From Magallana gigas (taxonomy: Eukaryota), in contig NC_088860.1 of NCBI RefSeq assembly GCF_963853765.1, forward strand, positions 14,136,001 through 14,200,000: a stretch of 64,000 bases of DNA, in the 5' to 3' direction. Every line of letters starts with the position of its first letter. Positions within the stretch are counted from its first letter, which is position 1. A program made the translations under genes and the position numbers. Of the stretch, positions 16,001-31,588 are shown one piece after another. The notes beneath the pieces were generated by a model that worked only from the letters and a program-made list of their open reading frames with translations, was not told the DNA's origin and made no database searches.

Positions 16001-17062
16001 ATAATTCATCAAAGGGTTAAATTATCAAAGGTGATACATGTATAAGCGAATGCCTTATAGAGAAGACTTATATAGGTAGTGCCTACTGTCCAAACCCTTC
16101 ACGTTTTTTGTTATAAAATATTGTTTAAATTAATAAAAATAAATAATTAAGTGAAGGCCATTTACTCGTGCAAATGTAAACAATACCTTTCTCTCGCCAT
16201 CTTTTGCACAACCAAAGACGAAGGTTTTCATGGTTCTCTCGTTGGATGGGACGACCCGGAAGCATCTCCTTGTGTCTATCTCTAACCCTCCTGAAGTCGG
16301 GCGCTCGACCCTGGAAAATGGAAATAAAATCGTCTTACAACAGTAAAGCAATATGAGCTCTTTATTTTTAAATTCCTTTTGCTGCAACCCCCTCCCCCCC
16401 CCCCCCAAAAAAAAAAAAACATGCTATTTAGATTATTACAGCAAATTATATATATTGCAATTTATGAACAACATATGATTTTCCAAGGCCAAAGACAGGT
16501 GTGAAAAAAACACCCTTTTCTTTGATTTCTTCGATTTCTTACCTGGTATAGTCTTTAAGGGAAACTGACTGTAAAGGTGATCTGCCATGCTCGTCTGCGT
16601 ATACATACAGACATCCCCTCCCAACAATCACAAAACGCTGTCGCCCTGTCCAATGAAAACCGACAGAACATTAAAAAAGGTAGCAGGTATACAGAGACCA
16701 TATTTGAGACCAGATCAAAATGAAGCAATATATCAAAATATTAAATAACCTGACATACATTTAGAAAGTTCAGAGAATATAGCTGTGAACAGTCCATTTG
16801 ATCCAACCAAACGCTCCAACTTCCCGCGCTTGCGCAAAAAGCCACTGTGGGAAACGCTATCTTTCTGTTTCAAAAGATCTTGAGCGCCTACAAGTACAAA
16901 TTATATCTAATTAAGATCCCAATCAAAGTTTGACAAGCAATATCTGAAAATATATCTAAATGTTGTTTAATTAACAGTTTTGATTCATATATATGTACCG
17001 ATGTGTCGATGAGGCTCGGACAAAGGTTCCTTCCTCCTAGTGTTAAGTGTTCCTCCGCTCAT
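10054..17062 (-). CDS. SH3BP2: SH3BP2/3BP2-like adaptor (PH domain, Tyr/Pro-rich linker, C-terminal SH2), about 359 aa, 12 coding exons
   Basis: Exons (minus strand): 16999-17062, 16759-16887, 16543-16645, 16187-16310, 15657-15715, 14900-15030, 14318-14398, 13518-13582, 13323-13393, 12943-13006, 11598-11651, 10054-10188. All introns are GT-AG with matching phases; total 1080 nt. PH region: IGAQDLL..SGFLRKRG..WRQRFVIV..CLYVY..SVSLKDYTRV..ERKEWMYKIREE, resembling human 3BP2 IGAQNLL..GYLHKKG..WPLRFVII. SH2 region: DRQKAIDILARRTSGTFLVRKS..VLSVQ..KEYKI..FKSVEKLIDNY. An in-frame stop lies upstream of the ATG. Not visible in the ORF track. Confidence 0.88.
12655..12795. repeat. Low-complexity ATAGC/CATAC repeat
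   Basis: Repeated ATAGCATAGCATACCAT units. Confidence 0.75.
15060..15520. repeat. Minisatellite, about 6 copies of a roughly 60-100-bp unit, in an SH3BP2-like intron
   Basis: Repeated core GGTTGATTTTACATGCAAGAACTCCTAAA. Confidence 0.9.
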
Positions 17063-19864
17063 CTTGTGTAAATTTCTTCATTATCTACAAGATAATTACA
17101 TAAAAATGTACAAAGTATCTCTGTCCTTAACCATTTTGTACCTTTTGATATTTGATGATCTCAGTTTCTGGAATGGTTAGCACTCTCGTATCATAACACA
17201 CTGATTTGAAAACTCTTGACAACTTAAATAAGTTGATACATAAACAGGTATATGTAAAAAAAGTGTATATGTAAATGAAAAAAGTTTACGGGAAATTTTG
17301 AGCTATAATGAATTCTTATGGCATACTCTGATTACAGTATTCTTCATAAATGGCAGTTGAGGTAAGTTGATAATTATGGTCAGAGATATGCAATTAGTAT
17401 TTGCATCTTGAAAAAAAAAATCTGTACACGGTATATATCATATCTGGTTCTTCTGGAAGACAGCACAACTATATAGTAATACATGATATCACGCTGTGCT
17501 AGTGTCCTTCCCTTTGTGTCTGCGTGATCTTAAAGCAAAATGGAAACCCAATTTGTTTGTCATTAAACTCTTTTAAATTGGATTTATTTTCTTTTGACCG
17601 TATTAATTTCTAAAAAGCTCAATTTTTTTCATTTAGACATTTTTTTTTTGGAATTGTGTAAAATTTCTATTTATGGTAAATACACGTATGTAGTTTTTTT
17701 GCACTGCGTGTCTCTTTAAATGAAACAAGGGTATCTGAAAAATAATACCGAAACAAAACGAAATCAATATGGAACAAAATCAATCCATCATAACAAATAT
17801 GATGAATGGATTTCATTTTTTCAAACATGCGCTTAAGTTTAAATATACAACATCTGACTTATAACCATAATATCATTATGTGCTAATGGTTATTCTTAAA
17901 ATGATAACAGTATGAATATAGTACTTAATGATGGAAACTTATAGAAATATTACTAAGAACACTTATACATGTGCAGTACCACTCTCACATTCCACCGCAA
18001 TCAAACCACTCATATCAAATATACAGTTACAAATTATCCAATGACTTGATGCGATATGATCCTTCAAATGAATCATTTTAACAAGGACATAAGCTTTGGG
18101 TAATTTGTGCCAAACAGCAATTATAGACATCCTATGTCTGGCTGTTTCGTTGTTAGCAATTTAGAAGTCAACAACATTTTGTGCTTATGCAATCGGTGCA
18201 TCTCTTGTCACTTTAAACTTGTTTCATTTAAATGCGTAAACTACATGTAAACAGTTACATCATGCCTTAAGTATTTAAAAAACGGTTCCATTTCTCAATA
18301 AACCGATAATTTGGCCATGTTGCATAATATTGGTGTGTTATTAAATCTAAAACCAGAAAAAATATATATGCAATATTCAAAGTGTCTGGATTAGCAATAC
18401 ATTCAGTTTCAGGCATAAAATAATAAAATAAGGAAAATATCCTTCAACCGATGATTTAAAATAATATCAAATTAACAGACGTGTTTTTAGGATCTATAAC
18501 GGCAATAAATCAACCGTAACAGTATTTACATTAAGTTATAGTAAAGATAATTCTTTTTAAAGCATATTTTATTGAATAAATTCAATAGGATTGGACAACA
18601 GGCATAGCCTATGTATATCTTCTTCTTGTATGATAGGTATAATAGTAAAGCTAGCTATCTTATGCTTTCAGGATTTATGCCAAAGATAACTGGGATTTAC
18701 AATGGATTTTGTTAACCATTATAGAACCAGGTATTTCTTAATTACTACATGTAATTACAAATTACTAATTACTTCGCATTTGGAATGGATCTTATGGCTG
18801 AACCATTTTCTCTTTAGCGAAGTATACTGTAGAGGGCACTGATTTTTCACTTCTCTAAAGGAATGGAATAAACCGCTTTCCCTTACCTCATTATAATAAT
18901 TCTATATAACGCGTTATCTGATTGGTTCTAGACAATCACGTGCCAGGGCAATAAAACTTCATATTTCTCTGTAATCGTCGTATTTTTTATATTCCACACT
19001 TTCAGAAGCCACACGAATTTTCATTCCATGCATACCGAAAATCCCGAGTATCAACATACGATGTAATAAAATGATAATTTACAAAATATTATAGGATTAG
19101 AGCCTATATCAATAAATTTTAATTCTTTAATATAACATAGAAAGAAACCGGTTACATTTAGTATTTTTTTGCTCTACAAGAGTTGAAAAACGAATTGAAC
19201 CTGGTGTATTCTAAGTTACCACCTGTCGTTCGGAATAATAAACAACTTATTGCATGAACGTTCTGGAGATATGAAGATTTATTTTCCCAGAAAAACCATA
19301 TTTTCCTCGGGCGGTGTTCTCGGAAAGTATATATATGATTTTCGTGGTGGGGGAGGGGGAGGGAGGGATAATTTCCATATTTCCCTCACCATCATGCAAT
19401 AAATGTATAACGTATCACGATCGATTTTGTTAATAGTTTTTTTTTAACTGAATCAATTCCGATGCCGTAAGTATGCAATTTTCTCGAGAACAGCTTTTTT
19501 TTTTTTTAGTAAATATATATTTTTTTATTCCAGCATATTCCTACTTTCATATCTTTTTATGCTTTGAATGAAATCCCAAATCAAAATACAAAAAAAAAAA
19601 ATCCTTGACACAACTTACCGCATTTTACATACAAAGAGGAGAGATTTTGTTTCCGTAGCTTTGTTAAAGTACGAAAAACGGAAAAATAAAGTCTTTCAAC
19701 TATAATTTTGTGAATACACTATACTCCAGAGTTATACGGTGTATTGAATTTTTTAAAATAAAAATTTGATTACTCATAGACAGCTTTCATTATTATACAC
19801 AACTATGAAATACATGATTACATGATTTACAAAAACAAGATCGATACTCTTTTCATAGACGTCG

Positions 19865-20242
19865 GAACCGGGGGGGGGGGGGCTAGAGGGGCCATTTTTT
19901 TGCAAAGTTATACCTAACCATTAGAAACATAGCATGATAGAGGGTTCGCCCCCCCCCCCAACTTTTTCACGCAGGAAAGATTATTTTTCCTAAATTTACC
20001 TTGAAAGATTGAGAAGTTGGATTCAGAAGCATACTAGCCCCCCCCCCCCCCCCCCCCCCGGATTAGGAATTTCATGATTTTGGAAAAAAACATTTGGGAA
20101 AGTTTTTTTTTCTCTTTTGGAAGGATAGGTATACTCCCCCCCCCCCCCCCCCTCCCCCCACGGATTAGGATTTCCATGATTTTGGGAATTATTCTCTTCT
20201 CAATATTTCTGAGGATTAGTCTAGCCCCCCCCCCCCCCCCCA
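19865..20242. repeat. Poly-C/poly-G tracts with a duplicated GGATTAGGA(A/T)TT(T/C)CATGATTTTGG unit
   Basis: Several C10-20 runs separated by two similar spacers. Confidence 0.75.
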
Positions 20243-20295
20243 CTTTCAATTTGCTTCCGACGCCAGTGCTTTTGAAAGACCAATTTGTTCTTCAC

Positions 20296-20326
<31 letters not shown>

Positions 20327-21517
20327 AATTGAAAGGAAACCAACAATTTTATATGAACAATGCTTACCGCATGAGTGGATATTTTGACATGATTTTACTC
20401 CCTAAACCCTGTAAACACGTATAGGAAAATAACGGTACTATACGCCATTACCTTACATTTTTGTGCGTGTATGCTCTCTGTTTACATTGGTAGGAATTTT
20501 CTTCCGTGTTCTGTGAGAAAACATTCTTAACGTTATGTACATGAATGTACACATCTGCATGTACAATAAATGATATGTAATCATACGGAAGGTGGTCATC
20601 AGATGCACGATCTACACACGTGCATGTGTACATATATACTTGAAATGCAGATTCGTTATGTTTGATTGATATCAAATTGATATAGGGGAACGTATGAACA
20701 TTGATTCCTTCAATGACACAGTATTACTGAGATTACCGGTTTTCACGACATGTATTCCCTTAATTTTCAGATCAAATACAGTCGAACATTACATGTAACA
20801 CATATCAATCAAGAATAAATGATCAACTCTTGAGATGTCATAATAGAGAAGAAATTTGAAAAGCTTACCGTTCATATGGACATTTTTCGTCCGTTCAGGT
20901 AACAACTGGGTTTATTTACTTCCTCTTCCAAAAGTTCAATAGCTGACAGGTGAACTTTAAACCGTTTACCTGGATGTAAACAGATCTAAGAACGCGTCGA
21001 GTATCTTCCAGAGACATATATTTCTACTCGATTGAAATCACGGATACATGCCCTTCTCTCAGTTCACTTTAATCAAACTAGGTTCACAATATGAATTCAC
21101 TGTGCATGACATTATTTTTAGAACACCAGTGGAATGGAACGGATGATATTAATTAAAACTGCAATACGCAATTCCTTCACAAAACTAGTTTTGGAAACTA
21201 GTTTAATTTGTTTGTTTTGATTTCAATTTCAAATTAAAAATCGGTGGATTTAAAAATATATATATTTGATAAAAATAAGAAGTTTTTTAGATTTCGGATA
21301 AAATTAATTTGTTCGTAAAGCCCGGATTTTATCTTCTTGATGTACACATCCGGTGTTGTCATGAAAAAAAAATGACAGTTGAAAAAAGCTGGTAAAAGTA
21401 ATAAATGACCTAATTTATTTATCTTGAATTCATTTATTAAAAATGCAAAACTCATAATAGCTTAAGGTGACGGAAAGTAAAACGAAGAGCAGACGTTTTG
21501 AATAATCAGCTGCTAAA

Positions 21518-24124
<2,607 letters not shown>

Positions 24125-26393
24125 ACAATGTCATATGTCATCGTTTATGTCTATGCACTGGTTGAATGGAAACTAATCATATGCTAAAACTGAACTTTAT
24201 TGTGGCATGGTTGGAAACAAATGAGTTTGTGGGTTCTTAACATAGAATTTATAGGTTTTAACACTAATCACTTTTTAAAACAAATTGTAAAATAATTTTT
24301 TTTATTTTTTTTTGTGGGGGGGGGGGGGGTGGTGGGGGGAGGTTGAGGGAAGGACAATATCAATGACTGTTTTGTATTGATAAAAAACCTTCATTTTTCC
24401 CAACTTCTTTTTTCAGATAAAAAATAAAAAGTGTTTGGAAAATATAGAAGTATATTACATGTTGTTAATAGTTGAAATAAGGGTGCACAAATAAATTAAA
24501 AGGTAGGAAGGGAAAAGAGGAAATAGTTGCTACTTGCCAGTACATATGATACATGTAAACGTATATTTGTAGATCCTAATTAAAAGTCAGGTTTAAATAT
24601 ATATGTATTGTGACATGACATTTAAGAACCCCCCCCCCCCCAAAAAAAAGAGAGAGACAGGAAAAACATTTACAGTCAATCATATTTAATGAATATTTAT
24701 GAATTTTTCACATACAGCTGTACATGTTAATTTTGTTTCTCGAATGTAAGAAAATTTGTTTGATGTGTTTTTTAAATGGATATACTGCGGAATTTGTTGA
24801 GTTACAGTATTATTTTTTACTGGTCAATAATTGGATTTTTCACGAATTTTAATGTTTAGAGATTGTTGAGATATGAAAGGACCACACCACTTTTCTTTAG
24901 CTTATAATTTAATTGTTTTTGTTTGTCAGTCACAATTTGGTTGGTGTTCTATGGAAGTAAAAACCATATATCAAATTTAAACTTCCCTGACTGAAAAAAA
25001 CACCCTAGTGTGCCAAGTGGATAAATATGAAAATTTCACATACGCATATACATATTATATGTAATAATGTTGATTGGCTTGCATATCCATCAGAAAAATG
25101 TTACAAAAATGAAAATGTAATTTTACACTATGTACTTAAAAAATGCAAAGTTAACTCATGGATTTAATTTAGATTTAGGTTTGTAAAACTGCAGAACAGT
25201 AGGTTCATTGAAATTCATTCTGCCAAGTAGTTGATTAGATTTTATGGAGATTGAATACATGTAACTTCATAAGATTTTGTTCAGACTATCATTTTTTTGA
25301 ACAATTTTTGAACAATTAAAATCATTCTTGCCTTGGTTGATTAATAATTATAACAATGTTCGTAAAATATAACCAAATAAAGTATTTCAATTTTATTTTT
25401 ATTAAGAATATACCGGTATTCTGTCATGTAATTTAGATTAATTTTCATTCATCAAAGAATAAATTACTACTATTCTGTTTTGCTTATTGGTCAATATTTT
25501 GCATTTATAACATCTTCCAGTGCCATCTTATGCTGTTGGCCTTGATCAGTTGAAAATATAGTGTTTTTTTTTCAAAATGAATTTATATTTACTGAAAAAT
25601 CAATTTAATATATAATTTAAAATAACTGAAAGATATTTGAAGTATAAGTAGTTACATGTATATGAAAATTCAACACTCTGCTCCTATTTATCAAAAGATG
25701 CGGCAGTAAGCGTTAACTTTGTGTTTTTTGTGAATGTACGGCTAGCTTAATATGACTAAAAGTACATGTTCTAATTGTCAAAAAGTTTTTATATGTAATT
25801 GTTTATTTTCAAAATGTTTTACAATAAATGTTGATGCATGATATCTGCTGTTAAAATTTTCATCTGATTTAGTTGTAATCGCAAGTTTGAAAAAACGCTA
25901 AAAACATTTTCTCGGCTCACGATTGTTCATTTTTTATAAAATTAGAAAATAGTTTATCAATTTAAACATTTTTATAATCAGTAACGGATAATTATAATTT
26001 TCAACTTATATATGAAGTACATGTAAGAGTTCTCAAATTATTATCTTACATACATGGCTGTGTGTTTTGCACAAATATACACATCATCTCCTCTCAAAAA
26101 ACCGGTTGATTGTTTATTTATGGCATATAAAATAACGTTTAGCAAACGTGACAATAATTGGCGTGTAAATAATTATCGGTCACCAAAATGAGCGTAATCA
26201 TAATTTGACGCCTGCGCGGTTGTGACGACAGTTCAGAATAGGTCAGAGGTCATTCTGTCACCTGTCAGTTTCGGTTATCACATATAAATTGATCACTTCC
26301 CTTGATAGTTTTATTTTCAACTTAACCAGAGACAAGTGTACATTTATTTTGACGTGTAATCCTTATATAAAAACGGTAAGAAGAAAAACAAGT

Positions 26394-27443
26394 ATGGAAT
26401 TCGATGAATGTATGATGGCTGGCGACTCGGAGCTTATGCTTAAGCAGTCATGTGCTTACGAATGTCGGCTTTTCAAAAATAAGTTTAGCTTTCATCACAG
26501 CACACCAAAAGAATGTACCAGCAGAAGTGTAATAGACCACAACACTTCCCATTATAACTACCTATGCAAGGATAAAACGAAGTTTAGACCGACGGAAGAG
26601 AAGACATATAAAACAATCGCTACTGATATTTCTGCAGCAGATAAAAGGATGATAAACTGCGCCACTTTGAAAGATATAAAGAAGAGAAAAGCCAGCCATG
26701 ACCAGCACCGTACAAATTCGAAGAGAACTGGAATTCAGACGTCAAGCCTAGCAAGTCAACCATTGACGAGATGTCAGCAGCTTTTAACAGAAGAAGTATA
26801 TCAATGCACCACCCCTGTGAACTCAGGAATGACACCGTATTTGTATGCAAACCGTGACCATTTGGACATTAAACACAGCACGCCTAAGGGGGTGGAAGAT
26901 ATTTTAGAAGAGGATTTGGATGAAGATGCATTGTGGGCCGGTGCTTCGGCTAAAGTCTTACAGCGCGTCATGTCAGCGCCCCAGCTTCCGGGACAACCAG
27001 AATTTCCCGAAGTGAAAAAACTGCATCATGCAATGTCACTTCCCCAATTATGGATGCCAAAACACGGAAGTCATCATCTGCATATTTGGCAGCGTCGTCT
27101 ACAGGTGTTAAACCGGAAAACGGAGAAGATGCGCGAAAAAAACCAAGCTCTGAAAGACAGACTTGAAATTATTCAAAAGCGAGCCGACCTGTTAGCCAGG
27201 AGTCCTGTGAATACACCCCCAAAACAGTCTGATGCGAAAACATCGTCCGTTCGTGGAAACAATAGATGTTACGTAAATGCTAAAATGTCCACCGATGTTA
27301 CTACTGTCAGAAAACCAAAGGTAAAAAAACAAGTGGTGCATCACCAGAACAATGTTTATTCATGTACACTCGCCAAGTTGATTATTGGAAATCCGGTGTT
27401 GCATACAACATGGAAAGATGGACAAAGGTGTACGTATGTCTGA
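26394..27443 (+). CDS. Intronless ORF of unknown function, about 349 aa from the first ATG
   Basis: The open frame runs 26289-27443 in a GC-richer block within AT-rich DNA; first ATG at 26394. Contains a coiled-coil-like segment (LQVLNRKTEKMREKNQALKDRLEIIQKRA). No recognisable domain. Confidence 0.6.
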   Translation: MEFDECMMAGDSELMLKQSCAYECRLFKNKFSFHHSTPKECTSRSVIDHNTSHYNYLCKDKTKFRPTEEKTYKTIATDISAADKRMINCATLKDIKKRKASHDQHRTNSKRTGIQTSSLASQPLTRCQQLLTEEVYQCTTPVNSGMTPYLYANRDHLDIKHSTPKGVEDILEEDLDEDALWAGASAKVLQRVMSAPQLPGQPEFPEVKKLHHAMSLPQLWMPKHGSHHLHIWQRRLQVLNRKTEKMREKNQALKDRLEIIQKRADLLARSPVNTPPKQSDAKTSSVRGNNRCYVNAKMSTDVTTVRKPKVKKQVVHHQNNVYSCTLAKLIIGNPVLHTTWKDGQRCTYV

Positions 27444-28138
27444 AATAGATTCCATACCCATCCAATGCCGCATCTTCTTAATTGTCGGCAATATAGACGA
27501 ATTATCATATATACCATGTATCTTTTGAAAATATTTTATAACACGACTTTATGATTTTTATATCAATTGTACATAACGTATACATATTATTATATTGATT
27601 TACATTTGATTTGTATTGTTGGTATCTTTCCATTGTTTAGATTGAATATATTATTTGTTAGTGACTTATCATATACTAGTTTAACTGTTTATGTGATGAT
27701 TTTTATTGTAATTGAAATAAAAAGCAGGAAAATTAAGTTTGTTAGCTTTGGTCAATACTTACGTAAATCATATTACAAGTGTATGTATAAAATGCACTTC
27801 AGATATGTATCTGCAAAGGATACTAATAAATCAAAATGAATAGATTTCAAAATCCACAGCTGATTAGGCAAATTCCTAATTAAAGACTAATTATATATTT
27901 TTTTCTCTAAATAAAAAACTTTTAGAAATTTGATATAAAAAATCCCCCATTTATTGAAAGACTGTTTTGATTGCTAATCATCTTTTCATATATATTAACA
28001 ATTATATAGTGAAAATACTAGTAGATGATCTTTTGTAAAAATATTAGAATACGTTTTTGTACTAGTTTCTAATTCATTGTAAACACACAATACTTGAATG
28101 ACCAAAAAATCTCCTTTATACAAGTTAAAAAACTTGTT

Positions 28139-28288
28139 NNNNNNNNNNNNNNNNNNNNNNNNNNNNNNNNNNNNNNNNNNNNNNNNNNNNNNNNNNNNNN
28201 NNNNNNNNNNNNNNNNNNNNNNNNNNNNNNNNNNNNNNNNNNNNNNNNNNNNNNNNNNNNNNNNNNNNNNNNNNNNNNNNNNNNNNNN
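28139..28288. other. Assembly gap (150 N)
   Basis: Run of N characters. Confidence 0.99.
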
Positions 28289-28651
28289 TTGATTGCTTAC
28301 GTCCAAATGTACTAGCAGTTCATACGCAATTAATCGATATACAATGACAAAGACGTGCAGCCTGTATGAAAAAGAAATGTGACTGTCTTGTTAAAGCCGT
28401 CTAAATTAGACAATATCCTTCTAACCTCGACCGCTGGTTTAAATGTATGAGAGCATATTCGTTCGTACACGTCTGGACTATACATATTGATCTGTAAGAT
28501 TCACAATTTCACAAGATTTAATAGGTATTTAGAAATACGCGTTTAAATAGCAAGCTCGAATGGTTTTGGATTTTTCTGTTCAGCGTTTAGGCTGTTGTTC
28601 GTAACGGTTTATTTATATCGTAGGCAGTCTAGTTTTTTTTTTGGCCTCGCC

Positions 28652-31588
28652 ATGTATGTAAGTACTCGGCTCATTTTTACTCTTGATTTTCCTCGTATTA
28701 TTGCTTTAAGTCATAAAAAACGAAATCGAAGTGTTTCAATTTACATATATAGAGGGGAGCTCAATGCAATGATTATATGAACGAACTGATATAAACTTGG
28801 AATATGGTCAGTAAAGTCGGGTTATTTCGACACAATTTTGACATAATAATGCACACTCTAATTTCAGCTGAAAAAAGCTATCATGCATCAGTTTAATTAA
28901 ACTATATTTGACTAACATTTTGCAGCCGACCGGCAGTCACGCACCTCCAGAAAAGGGAGGTCAGTATCCCCCACCCCAGGGCGGCGGATATGGTGCATAC
29001 CCCCCACCATCCGGTGGAGCTTACCCTCCACCATCCGGGGGAGCTTACCCCCCGCCCCCTGGCGGTGCCCCCGGTTACCCCGGTGGAGGATATGGAGCCC
29101 CTCCCGGTGGTTACGGAGCGCCGCCTGGTGGTGGATATGGAGCGCCCCCTGGGGGTTATGGCGCGCCACCTGGCGGGTATGGGGCTCCTCAAGGAGGATA
29201 TGGAGGATATGGACCACCCCCCGGCACTGGACCGGTTGGCCATCCTCCAGGTGGCTATGCTCCTCCACCGATGGGCAACATGGGTAATTTTGGACCACAG
29301 CCAACTGGGCCAATTTTTAACCCGGTAATTTTACATTTACATAATATGTACACGTACATGTACACGCAATTTGATAAGATACGTAAAGATTGTACCTTAC
29401 TCTTTTACTTGTAAACTTCACGAATTAAAATAAGTTGTACCATTCATATAAAATAAAAATGTTCTTGGGTGCAGCGTATAAAGAGTTTATTGAAGTTTTT
29501 CCAATAAAACTCAATACAGCATACGAATAAAAAATTTGAAGATATATATAAAAAATAAACTGATCTCCAGTTTAAATAAAGTAAAATAACAAAATTCCAG
29601 CAAGAAAGAGAAAATTCCAAAAATGGAAATTTAATGTTATTTTTCTATATAATATTAAATTACGTTAATATTTACAGCCAATCCCCTTCCAGGCCCCCTT
29701 CCCTGGCGGGGCCCACCCAGGGAGATCAATAATCGTCAAAGGCGTGATCACCGGAGATGATGGGTAGGCTTAAAAAATCCGTCATTAAAGTCAAGTTTGA
29801 TAGTATTTGTATTTTTGGGAGTTGATTTTAATCAACTCTCCTATGCACTTACTTGGGCAAAGCGAAAGTGAAACAGTGTTTGGACCTAAGCACAAATCAA
29901 TACCGCTGACAACACTTAGTTCTTGAAAATAATCGATAAATTCGATGCTATGTATTCTGAAGCATTGTTGTTCAAGAAAACTTATTCATTAATACCATGA
30001 AAATAATAAGATTTTAAATTGAACAAACAATTTAGAAATTTTTAAAGTCGTATGTATTCCTACGCTAGAGTTCAATGTAGTCTCGTTCAACCAGACGCTT
30101 GGCTGTCTCCGTTAATATCCGACAAAACAGAGTCTCTCTTGCTTGTCGGAGATAAACGGAGACAGCCGAGCGTTTGGTTGAACGAGACAAGATTTCAATC
30201 TTGCCTGGATCCACACAAATTCTCAGAAATATTTCGATTACTGATACTACTTGCCATGCAAAATCACATATCGTTGATTTTGAATAAATGATAATCGATA
30301 AAATCAACTCCCGTCAGTACTTCAGTACTTTGATTTTATTCGATTGTACACGACTTACGAAAGTCGGGGATTGGTAGTTACTACATGTATGAATGACACA
30401 AAATCAGAAGAACTAAGCGAAAAAGTATATATGTATAAAGGTATAGAGTTACGACCATGTAAATGAATTGTGTTACTAAAAGAATAAGACTATCTCTCTA
30501 CACATGAACACTTTTTTACTTATATTTTATCTTATCTTTTACTTATATTTATCTTATGTTTGACGTCCTTTGAACATCTTCGTTGTTAATGTATGGTAAC
30601 GCATTCTGCAGATTTACGCTGAATTTCAAGTGTGGAGAAGAAAACAACTTTCATTTTAACCCCCGTCCAAACCAGGGCTGTGTCGTTTACAATCACAACC
30701 AGCATGGGTGGGGTACCGAGGAGCGGCACCAGAATCCCTTCCATCCCGGACAACCGTTCGAGCTTTGTATCACCATAGAGCCAAATCAGTATAAGGTAAT
30801 CGACTCCAAATTATTATATGGATATCGGGACAAATTTTCAATTTACTGTCCACTGACTCCAAATTTGATGGAATTTGATGATTAAGATTGAATTTACATG
30901 CATCTTTATTATACATTTTACAAATATATTACTGGGACGACCGGACACATGTTTAAAAACTTTGACCTTCGTTGTTTCTTATTGAAATTATTGAAATTTT
31001 AAGATATAAAAAATCCCAAAACATTACGTTAATACGGATAATTATTTACTTTGAGAGATTTCTGTAAATTAATTGCAGAACTGAAGCTCCACAGGAAATA
31101 CGGTACACGGTCAGTCAGCCAGAATTTCCTGTGGAGCTACACTTCTGCAACTAAATTAGCCCGACAAAGCACCTATCATAACAGGGCAGGGGAGGGGCTT
31201 GTTCTTAAAGGTTTCTTTCATTTTTGGAAAAAAATAACCGAAAAACATTTTTTCACTGATCCAAAGTTTTGTTAAAGTCTCACACTTGAGTTCTGTTTAT
31301 CCAAATTGAGCGTGACCGATTAATGGGAAAAAACCCATTGCACTGGAAGGCCTGGAGAAATGAATCTACTTATCTCTCGCTTCAAGTACATGAATATCAG
31401 AATAAAGTGTTTCAACATTTTAAAATTACTTTAATCATAAATTGATCCACAATCAATGTTTTTATTTGCAGGTTTTTGTTAACCACCAACCCTTTCCCAG
31501 TTTTAACGCAAGGATGTTTCCGATAGAGAAGTTTGAACTAATACAGATTGGAGGTTCAGTTAACGTCCAAGAGATCAACTTTTCCTAA
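28652..31588 (+). CDS. Chimera-type (galectin-3-like) galectin: Pro/Gly/Tyr repeat N-terminal tail plus one carbohydrate-recognition domain (CRD), about 263 aa, 5 exons
   Basis: Exons 28652-28657 (GCC-ATG-TAT|gtaagt), 28926-29324, 29678-29763, 30612-30795, 31472-31588; 792 nt, phases 0/0/2/0. The CRD carries the galectin sugar-binding signature FHFNPR..VVYN..WGTEER. The tail has YPPPSGG and YGAPPGG repeats. Confidence 0.92.
29812..30312 (+). mobile_element. Interspersed MITE/HINE-like repeat (full copy, in galectin intron 3)
   Basis: GGGAGTTGATTTT ... AAAATCAACTCCC terminal inverted repeats and an internal palindrome of about 105 bp (30081-30187); homologous to 2027-2480 and 59130-59343. Confidence 0.8.

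Noticed and set aside
20034-20424. Poly-Gly/poly-Pro ORFs
   Set aside because: Produced by poly-C runs in a low-complexity repeat; homopolymer lengths may also be sequencing-dependent.
26289-26393. N-terminal extension of the orphan ORF
   Set aside because: It starts at a non-ATG codon (TTG) and overlaps the TATA-like box; a eukaryotic start at 26394 or 26412 is more plausible.
27995-28315. ORFs spanning the N run
   Set aside because: Created by the assembly gap.
28902-29328. Alternative-frame and antisense ORFs over the galectin repeat exon
   Set aside because: Shadows of a GC-rich Pro/Gly repeat; only the frame that splices into the CRD is supported.
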